Assembly: GCA_964236955.1 (NCBI GenBank)
Contig: CAXSGP010000037.1
Coordinates: forward strand, 1 to 42,294
Origin: an uncultured Oligoflexus sp.
GTDB lineage: Bacteria; Bdellovibrionota_B; Oligoflexia; Oligoflexales; Oligoflexaceae
Reading direction: 5' to 3'
Length of the DNA: 42,294 nucleotides
This document shows positions 35,536 through 42,294 of the stretch, piece after piece. Every line of letters starts with the position of its first letter. The first letter of the stretch is position 1. The notes under the pieces are model-generated. The model was not told where the DNA came from. It was given only the letters and a program-made list of their open reading frames with translations, and ran no database searches. The position numbers and the translations under genes are program-made.

Positions 35536-38500
35536 ATGAATCTGATCGATCTATCCATTCGCCGACCTGTATTTGCCTGGGTTCTGATGTTTGGCCTTAT
35601 TGTTTTTGGCGCCATCAGCCTTAACAAAATGGGCATCTCTTCGCTTCCCGACGTGGATTTCCCTCAACTCAGTGTCTCAATCAATTATGAGGGGGCTGCT
35701 CCTGAAGTCATAGAGGCGGAGATTCTTGACCCAATCGAGGCAAGCCTTTTGAATATTGAAGGCATCAAGGAGATGCGCTCCTCTGCAAAACAGGGCAGCG
35801 GCGTGGTCAACCTGGAATTTGATATCAATCGAAATGTTGACGTTGCGTTGCAGGAGGTGCAGTCGGCTCTGGGCGAAGTCCGTCTGCCACTCGGAGTCGA
35901 TCCACCCTCGATTCGTAAAAAGAACCCTGAGGAGGATCCTATCGTCATAGTCTCTTTTTATGGCGATGTCCCCCTCAAGGAAATGTTGGCCTGGATGGAT
36001 AACTATCTTCTCGATCAGCTGCGCTTTCTGCCCGGTATCGGTGAAGTCTCCATAGGCGGCTTTAGTGAGCGGAACCTCAGGGTGTGGATTGATCCCGACA
36101 AGCTCAAAAAATACTATCTGACGATTTCTGATGTCGTTGATGCCATGGGGTCGCAGCATATTGAGGCGGCTGCGGGTCAATTCAATTACGGTGCGCGGGA
36201 GTTGAGGGTGCGTTGGCTGGGGGAGGCCGATAGCGTGGAACGCATCGGCAAGATTCAAATCCTTCGGCGGGGTGGGGCGATGATCTACAACACGCCGATC
36301 TACATCAAAGATGTGGCGCGCGTGGAAGACGGGCTGTCTGATATTCGGCGGATCGGTCGCATCGATGGCAAGGAGGCGGTCGGAATTCAAATCAAAAAGC
36401 AGCGCGGCACCAACGAAGTCGATGTTGCCAAAGCAGTACGTGACAAGCTTGAGGAAATCAAAGGCACCTTTCCCAAAGGCTTTAATTATAGGGTGAATGT
36501 GGATTTTACGCGGTCCACGGAGGCGACCGTTCATTTGACTAAAGAAAAGCTTTTGGTCGCCTCGCTTATCACCATCATAATCTGCTTTCTCTTTCTGGGC
36601 AGTTTTCAGGCGGCCTTGAACATCCTCTTTTCCCTGCCGACTTCGATCGTCGGGACGATGACTATCCTTTATTTCTCGGGGTTCAGCCTTAACCTCTTTA
36701 CGCTACTTGCCTTGACTTTGGCCATCTCCATTGTGGTCGACGATGCGATCATGCTTCTTGAAAACATAATGCGGCACTACCGTATGGGAAAAGGTTCCAA
36801 GCGGGCCGCATCCGATGGCGCTAAAGAGGTTCTTCCTGCCGCGATCGCAGCCACAGCGGCTGTTATTGCCGTTTTCCTGCCCGTCATTTTTATGGATGGC
36901 ATCATTGGTAAATTCTTTTTCCAGTTTGGTGTAACCCTCAGTTCAGCCGTTCTCCTCTCCCTCCTGGAAGCCGTGACCATTACGCCGATGCGGGCTGCGG
37001 CTTTGCTTAGTAAGGAGCCAAAGATTTCCAAACTGGAACACCTCCTGGAAGTCGTTTTTGAAAAGATCGCCAACTTTTACCGAAGGATTTTATCCGTTAC
37101 TCTCAAATTAAGATTCCTCGTCATCATCCTATCGCTGGTCCTGTTTGGGGTGTCCCTATTTTTGGTGGGCAGAGTCCGGCAGGAATTTGTTCCCCCACAG
37201 GATCAGGACATCATCATCCTTTCCGCCCAGTTAAAACCGGGATCGTCATTGGAAACAACCGATGCGGCTTCGAAAAAGCTGGAGGCTGTCCTTAAGAACA
37301 ATAAATATGTGGAAGGTTTTTTTGCTTCGGTCGGCGGTGGGGGAGGGGCCTCGAATGTGAACCAGGTGTTTATGCCGGTGACTCTAGTGCCACGAGCGAA
37401 TCGTGACCTCGACCATATCCAAGTGATGGAGCAACTGCGCAGGGACTTTGCCCCTTTTAAGGACATCAAGGTGACGATGCGTGATAACTCCGCCCGCAAC
37501 CTTTCAGCAGGTCGTCAGAATCCGGTTGGCATCAATCTTCGCGGCCCGGATCTTAAGATTCTTGAAGATAAATCCCTGGAACTCATCAAGCGGCTTGAAG
37601 ATGAAAAACTGGTTGTTGATATGGACAGTGACTATAGGCGAGGTGTCCCCGAGCTTATTCTCCGGCCGAATCGCCAGGCAATGGCGGAACGGGGGGTAGC
37701 GGTTGAGGCTGTCGGTCAGGTTCTTTCAGCAGGGGTCGGGAGCCTAAGGCAGGGCCGTTATACGATGGACGGCAGGCGCTATGATATACGATTCAAAATC
37801 ATCGATGACTTCATTAAGACGCCTCTTGATTTTAAAAAACTCTATGTTCGAAACAATGCCTCGCTGCTTGTTCCCATGAGTGAGCTCATCGATATAAAGG
37901 AAGAAGGGGCGATACAGAGTATCAATCGGGTGAATCGGCAGCGAGCTATCTCGGTCTTTGGTAACCTGGCTCCCGGCAAGTCGCAGACGGTGGTCTTAGA
38001 TCGGGCCCGGGCGATTGCCGGTGAGATCCTGCCCCCGGGCTATAGCTTTGCGCTGGAAGGCGCTTCAGCGGGATTCTCAACAGCTTTTGAAAGTCTTTAT
38101 TCGGCGATGCTGGTAGGGATTTTGGTAGCTTTTTTGATACTTTCGGTTCAATTCGATTCATTTGTTCACCCCATTTCCGTGCTGATTGCCCTGCCTTTCA
38201 GTGTGACGGGTGCCCTGATTGCTCTCTGGGCCTTTGATGCTTCCCTCAATCTCTTCAGTTTCATTGGCCTTATTGTGTTGATGGGTATTGCCAAAAAGAA
38301 TTCGATCATGCTGGTCGAGTTTACCAACCAGGTTCGCAAACATGGGCGAGCTGAGGGTAGGACCGTGCGGGAGGCGTTGCTGGAAGCCTGTCCCGTCCGG
38401 CTGCGGCCCATCATCATGACTTCGGTGGCGACGGTTGCTGCCGCATTGCCACTCGTAATTGGTCATGGCATCGGCTCGGAAACACGCCTGCCCCTTGGCC

Positions 38501-38688
38501 TGTCCATTATTGGTGGAACGATAGTCTCGACTATCCTCACCCTCTTCGTGGTTCCTTCGCTTTATATGGTGCTGACTTTCTTTGAGCGCGGTTCGTGGCG
38601 GCAAGGGGCCGATGCTAAAGATGAGCGCGCCTGGTCGGAGCATCGTGGCAAGAAGGGAAGCGAAAGTCTCGAGCATGGACCTGCTTAA
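35536..38688 (+). CDS. RND efflux transporter permease (AcrB/MdtBC-like)
   Basis: SIRRPVFA, LPDVDFP, LAISIVVDDAIMLLENI, GIAKKNSIMLVEF and RLRPIIMTS motifs; 1050 aa. Confidence 0.95.
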   Translation: MNLIDLSIRRPVFAWVLMFGLIVFGAISLNKMGISSLPDVDFPQLSVSINYEGAAPEVIEAEILDPIEASLLNIEGIKEMRSSAKQGSGVVNLEFDINRNVDVALQEVQSALGEVRLPLGVDPPSIRKKNPEEDPIVIVSFYGDVPLKEMLAWMDNYLLDQLRFLPGIGEVSIGGFSERNLRVWIDPDKLKKYYLTISDVVDAMGSQHIEAAAGQFNYGARELRVRWLGEADSVERIGKIQILRRGGAMIYNTPIYIKDVARVEDGLSDIRRIGRIDGKEAVGIQIKKQRGTNEVDVAKAVRDKLEEIKGTFPKGFNYRVNVDFTRSTEATVHLTKEKLLVASLITIIICFLFLGSFQAALNILFSLPTSIVGTMTILYFSGFSLNLFTLLALTLAISIVVDDAIMLLENIMRHYRMGKGSKRAASDGAKEVLPAAIAATAAVIAVFLPVIFMDGIIGKFFFQFGVTLSSAVLLSLLEAVTITPMRAAALLSKEPKISKLEHLLEVVFEKIANFYRRILSVTLKLRFLVIILSLVLFGVSLFLVGRVRQEFVPPQDQDIIILSAQLKPGSSLETTDAASKKLEAVLKNNKYVEGFFASVGGGGGASNVNQVFMPVTLVPRANRDLDHIQVMEQLRRDFAPFKDIKVTMRDNSARNLSAGRQNPVGINLRGPDLKILEDKSLELIKRLEDEKLVVDMDSDYRRGVPELILRPNRQAMAERGVAVEAVGQVLSAGVGSLRQGRYTMDGRRYDIRFKIIDDFIKTPLDFKKLYVRNNASLLVPMSELIDIKEEGAIQSINRVNRQRAISVFGNLAPGKSQTVVLDRARAIAGEILPPGYSFALEGASAGFSTAFESLYSAMLVGILVAFLILSVQFDSFVHPISVLIALPFSVTGALIALWAFDASLNLFSFIGLIVLMGIAKKNSIMLVEFTNQVRKHGRAEGRTVREALLEACPVRLRPIIMTSVATVAAALPLVIGHGIGSETRLPLGLSIIGGTIVSTILTLFVVPSLYMVLTFFERGSWRQGADAKDERAWSEHRGKKGSESLEHGPA

Positions 38689-38721
38689 GGAGAACGAGAG
38701 GTTTAAATGATTCCAACCTAA

Positions 38722-38750
38722 AAGGGGAGCCTCTGTCCGCTGCTCCCCTT
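38722..38750. terminator. Hairpin between the convergent RND gene and rpmE2
   Basis: AAGGGGAGC-N11-GCTCCCCTT. Confidence 0.6.
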
Positions 38751-38764
38751 CCCGCGTCTGGCAG

Positions 38765-39031
38765 TTAGGATGATGAAAGCTTTGCCTTAGCATCAGCATA
38801 TTTGCGATTAAACGTTTCGATAGGACCCACCTTGCCTACCCTTCTTTGCTGCCCGGTAAAAAAAGGATGGGATGCACTGGATACTTCGACAGTGATCAGC
38901 GGATACACATTTCCATCAATCCATCGGGTGGACTCTTTGGAACTTTGAGTCGAGCGAGTCAGGATCGAAAAATTGCTGCCAGCATCTTTGATCACCGCAA
39001 AGTTGTAAGTCGGATGAATAGCTGTTTTCAC
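38765..39031 (-). CDS. rpmE2: 50S ribosomal protein L31 type B (Zn-independent)
   Basis: [30 protein letters not shown] and FNRKY motifs; no Cys; AGGAGG RBS with GTG start. Confidence 0.93.
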   Translation of the reverse strand: MKTAIHPTYNFAVIKDAGSNFSILTRSTQSSKESTRWIDGNVYPLITVEVSSASHPFFTGQQRRVGKVGPIETFNRKYADAKAKLSSS

Positions 39032-39076
39032 CTAGCACCTCCTCATAAGTGCGCATGAACAGTAAATTATATCAAA

Positions 39077-39091
39077 TGCAATTAAATTGCA
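39077..39091. promoter_or_regulatory. Zur-like operator upstream of rpmE2
   Basis: Perfect palindrome TGCAAT-taa-ATTGCA; a second copy TGCA-N7-TGCA at 39191-39205. Confidence 0.6.
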
Positions 39092-39533
39092 ATAAAATAT
39101 AGGAATAATCCCTGTTTATGACATAAAAATATGTAAGTATCTGATATTAATGAATAAAAAATATCACAAAAGTAGTATGAATATATTTATTGCATATATT
39201 TTGCATTATTTCCGCAAGCCAAAATCTTTCTTACCATAACCACACCTTGAGCAGGTTCCTCGTGTGCTTCGATCGTTTCGAGCACTTTTTGAAAACGATC
39301 GAATACTTGAACCTGGGAGAAAGAACGTGATCAAATACCAAGGATAAAGTCAGCGGGTTCGCTGCTTTTGGTCCTCTCCGGGCCGCACTTTCGATTTTAA
39401 TCCATCGCTTTATAGAGGCATAGGTGCCTGATAAAACAGGTGCAAACAAGTTTTAATAATGAGTCGCTTAAGATTTCACAGCGTTTTACCGAAGAGTGCA
39501 CCGACCCATTTCAGATTTTTGACGGAGTTTTGC

Positions 39534-41618
39534 ATGAAGTCTTGGCTGACCACACTGTTCCTATTGCTGGCTGTTTCTGGGGGATGTAAAAAAGCTACTT
39601 TTAAAAGCGTTGATAAATCGGCGGATCTCGCAAAAATTGGTACCGGATCTGGGGATGGTGCAGGCGAGGGTGATGTTACACCGAACAATCAGGATCTGAT
39701 CGTGACCGTCCCGGTTAGTGAAATTCCAGCGGGCGGAAAAGTTACTCAAGCGACCGCGAAGATGAAAGATGGCAGCGTGCCTGCCGTCACCTGGACGGTT
39801 AAAACCGAACCAGGCAAAGATCCAGGTACCATCGGTTCCGATGGCGTTTATACCAGTCCAAAAACTGGAACAGAGACCTATCCCGTGGTCATCACCGCTA
39901 CGGTGACAAATGATCCAAAAATTCACAATTCAGTTCCCCTGGTTATCACCCCGGGCCCTGATGCTACAGGACCAAATACCAATCCGAACCCCAATGCAAA
40001 CGGTCTTATCGTGACCCTGCCCATTTCTCAAATCAGTGTTGGCGGCAACAAAACAACCGCCGTTGCAACCCTAAAAGATGGGACAAAAAATCCTCCGGTA
40101 AGCTGGGTTCTATCCGGCCCAGCGGGCAAAGATCTAGGCACACTGGATCCCGTAACTGGTGTTTATACCAGCCCGCTCACCGGTACCGAGCAGGTCCCCG
40201 TGGTTATGACAGCCATCCTGAAGGCTGATCCTACCATCAAAGGGATGGTCTCACTCATCGTCATTCCAGCATCGAAAGGCGGTACCAAGCCCGAGCTTAT
40301 GGTTAGCGTTCCCGTGTCTGAACTTAAAGTCGGCGGTAACAAGACAACTGCCGTTGCCGCTCTAAAAGACGGAACCAAAAATCCGCCCGTAATCTGGACC
40401 GTATCCACCTCCGGTGGCAAAGACCCTGGAACAATTGATGCAGCAACCGGCGTCTACACCAGTCCTCTCACTGGCAGCGAAACCTATTCCGTTCTTATAA
40501 CTGCCACTCTTATTGCGGATAATACGATTAAAGGATCAACGGCTCTTATGATCATTCCGCTATCCACTGGCAAACCTGAGCTAATCGTATCGGTACCGGT
40601 CACCGAAATTGCGGTCGGTGGAGGCAAGACCACGGCCACTGCAGTTCTTAAAGATGGAACCAAGAATCCCCCTGTTACCTGGGTCGTCACAGGCCCTGCG
40701 GGCAAGAATATTGGAACAATCGACCCAAACACGGGCGTCTATACCAGTCCTGCTACCGGTTCCGATCAATTTGCCGTCATCATCACGGGAACTTTGGTTT
40801 CCGATCCTACAGTTAAAGCTTCGACTCCACTTATCATAATCCCTACTGCCAAGCCGATGCTGATCGTCACGATTGCGTCGCCTCAAATCAAAGTCGGCGG
40901 CAATCAAGTTACGGCCACAGCTACCTTAAGCAATGGAACCAAGAACCCACCGGTAACCTGGACAGTCATGGCTCCCGCTGGAAAAGAAGCCGGCACTATA
41001 GACGGCAATGGTGTTTATACCAGTCCTAAAACCGGCAATGTAAAATACCCTGTGATTATTACTGCGGTTCTGATCGCCGATAAATCGGTCATGAGCTCGG
41101 TTCCTTTGGATATCATCCCCGATGATACAATTTTTGCCCGCTGCAAGAAGGCCAACGTAGTCTTCCCAATCGTGGCCGACGTTTATGAATTGCCCGCCAA
41201 TTCTGAAGATCTACCAACGGATTGGCTGTCTCAGAAGTATGCAACAACAGTCTGTATGGATCAGTACAACGTACCAGAGCGTGAATTTACATCGGGTTTC
41301 CCTGACGTTCCCGGTCTCTTTGAATGGTTTGGAATGAATACCCGCACATCGATTATTGTACCGGCTGACGGCGACTACCAAATTCGCCTGATCTCTGACG
41401 ATGGATCAAAACTTTGGATCGACGATACTCTTGTCATCAATAACGATGGCCAGCACCAGACCGTTGCGATCGAAAGAACGGCGAGGATGAAGAAGGGCGT
41501 GCATAAGCTTACGCTTGATTATTTCCAAGGTCCTCGTTTTAAAATTTCTTTGGTGCTGGAATGGAAAAAGCCAGGTGATGCAAACTTTACGGTCGTTCCC
41601 AAGGCTGCTTTTCAATAA
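39534..41618 (+). CDS. Lipoprotein with five Ig-like repeats and a C-terminal PA14 domain
   Basis: ATG at 39534 after GGAG; lipobox SGGC; five repeats of about 95 aa; PA14 motifs EWFG, GDYQIRLISDDGSKLWID, NNDGQH and DYFQGP. Confidence 0.85.
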   Translation: MKSWLTTLFLLLAVSGGCKKATFKSVDKSADLAKIGTGSGDGAGEGDVTPNNQDLIVTVPVSEIPAGGKVTQATAKMKDGSVPAVTWTVKTEPGKDPGTIGSDGVYTSPKTGTETYPVVITATVTNDPKIHNSVPLVITPGPDATGPNTNPNPNANGLIVTLPISQISVGGNKTTAVATLKDGTKNPPVSWVLSGPAGKDLGTLDPVTGVYTSPLTGTEQVPVVMTAILKADPTIKGMVSLIVIPASKGGTKPELMVSVPVSELKVGGNKTTAVAALKDGTKNPPVIWTVSTSGGKDPGTIDAATGVYTSPLTGSETYSVLITATLIADNTIKGSTALMIIPLSTGKPELIVSVPVTEIAVGGGKTTATAVLKDGTKNPPVTWVVTGPAGKNIGTIDPNTGVYTSPATGSDQFAVIITGTLVSDPTVKASTPLIIIPTAKPMLIVTIASPQIKVGGNQVTATATLSNGTKNPPVTWTVMAPAGKEAGTIDGNGVYTSPKTGNVKYPVIITAVLIADKSVMSSVPLDIIPDDTIFARCKKANVVFPIVADVYELPANSEDLPTDWLSQKYATTVCMDQYNVPEREFTSGFPDVPGLFEWFGMNTRTSIIVPADGDYQIRLISDDGSKLWIDDTLVINNDGQHQTVAIERTARMKKGVHKLTLDYFQGPRFKISLVLEWKKPGDANFTVVPKAAFQ
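39696..41120 (+). repeat. Five intragenic tandem repeats (279-309 nt period)
   Basis: Units start at 39696, 40005, 40296, 40581 and 40860 and share LIV...GG..T.A.LKDGTKNPPVTW...GK..GTID..GVYTSP.TG...VITA. Confidence 0.9.
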
Positions 41619-41643
41619 ATAGTAATTGATCCGTTCTTGGTAA

Positions 41644-41674
41644 GGAGGAGGCCGCTGGCTTCCTTCTTTTTTTT
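41644..41674 (+). terminator. Intrinsic terminator of the PA14 gene (also the intron target)
   Basis: GGAGGAGGCC-gct-GGCTTCCTTC followed by T8. Confidence 0.8.
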
Positions 41675-41831
41675 GTGTGTCCGGCAGGGCGCATACTAGC
41701 AGGTGAAAGTCTTGTCCGGCGAAGGTGAATGTAAATGTAAATGTAACCGGTAGCGTAAGGCAAGGGTATCTTCCGCAAGGGTGATTCTAAAGGAAGCCGG
41801 CGGCAAAATCCTGACCCAAGGAACACGAACC
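41675..41831 (+). mobile_element. Group IIC intron, 5' fragment (part of domain I), truncated
   Basis: Starts GTGTGTCCGGCAGGGCGCA (GUGYG). Blocks GGTGAAAGTC, GCAAGGGT, AAGGAAGC-GGCGGCAAA and AGGAACACGAAC are collinear with bacterial class C intron 5' ends as I recall them. Lies immediately after a terminator. Confidence 0.85.
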
Positions 41832-42294
41832 TGAAGGAATTGGCGGAAATGATGCCTATAATCATCGATCAGACGAGACGAAGAGTACTGAAAAATGAAC
41901 AAGTGCCAGCCGAGGACAAACTTTTCTCAATCTTTGAGCCGCACACGGATATCATCGTCAAGGGTCAGCGCGATTGTTATTTCCTACGCTTTAAGAGTAG
42001 ACATTCTCATCTTTTTTCTACGCTCTCCTATATGTCTTTTGTCGCTGTCTCAGTAGAATCCTCTTCGCCGTATGGAGCCGCTCGCTTTGCTGTCGGTCCG
42101 TACGGCGAAGAGGATTCTACCTCACGCCGGTGGAAAGCTCTCGAAGCCCCCCATCTTGGGGGTCGAGAATGGGGGGGAGAACGGTTTATTACGTGAGAAA
42201 ATTTGGGAATACCTAGTTTAAAGAGCGCGGCATCCTACAGCGATGTCGTTTATGGGCACAAGGTCTTCTTCACGGTTGGAGTCAGCGGGCTTGT
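41831..42294 (+). pseudogene. ISNCY/IS5-like DDE transposase remnant, 5'-truncated and interrupted
   Basis: LKELAEMMPIIIDQTRRRVLKNEQVPAEDKLFSIFEPHTDIIVKGQRD (41831-41974) continues in frame as VVYGHKVFFTVGVSGL (from 42245) once the insert is removed. Confidence 0.82.
41975..42239. mobile_element. 265-bp non-autonomous element (MITE-like) with TGT...ACA ends
   Basis: Flanked by the direct repeat GCGAT (41970-41974 and 42240-42244); imperfect terminal inverted repeats; removal restores the host reading frame. Confidence 0.85.

Noticed and set aside
35677..36534. 285-aa antisense ORF (likewise 38158-38799, 22411-23061, 1828-2364)
   Set aside because: Shadow frames opposite well-conserved genes, with no recognisable motifs.
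39696..41120. Repeats as a CRISPR array or DGR template/variable repeat
   Set aside because: The units are in-frame protein domains of about 290 nt with synonymous divergence. There are no spacers, cas genes or RT.
41840..42196. 118-aa ORF as a real gene
   Set aside because: It is a chimera: the first 45 codons are transposase and the rest is read-through into the 265-bp insert.
41975..42239. The insert as a CAST/Tn7 element or integron attC site
   Set aside because: No tns, cas or intI genes in the window, no clear array of TnsB sites, and no RYYYAAC/GTTRRRY core sites flanking the hairpin.

Overview
A 42.3 kb bacterial chromosomal window. The gene repertoire (CheA-type sensor without CheW, DUF1592/DUF1552 pair, PA14 lipoprotein, PilZ protein) suggests an Oligoflexia/Bdellovibrionota-like organism; this is inference only. 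Housekeeping genes are cysS, hutI, greA, argR-argG-argH, rlmD, an MnmD-like methyltransferase, an HI0933-family flavoprotein and rpmE2. They are mixed with envelope and signalling genes: FadL-like and TraF-like barrels, an M48 protease, tandem CNNM proteins, an EF-hand/Spy/ECF-sigma/anti-sigma module, LysR-YceI, an orphan RND pump and an Ig-repeat PA14 lipoprotein. The most striking unannotated structure is at the right end, where three mobile elements are stacked. The 5' part of a group IIC intron sits directly behind an intrinsic terminator and is joined to an ISNCY-like transposase remnant. That remnant is split by a 265-bp TGT...ACA element with a 5-bp target-site duplication and strong internal hairpins. 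Readable regulatory signals include twin ECF promoters, an ARG box, Zur-like boxes and sigma28-like promoters. A candidate small RNA lies behind argH. No rRNA, tRNA or CRISPR array was seen. All family calls come from motif recognition by eye, without database searches.
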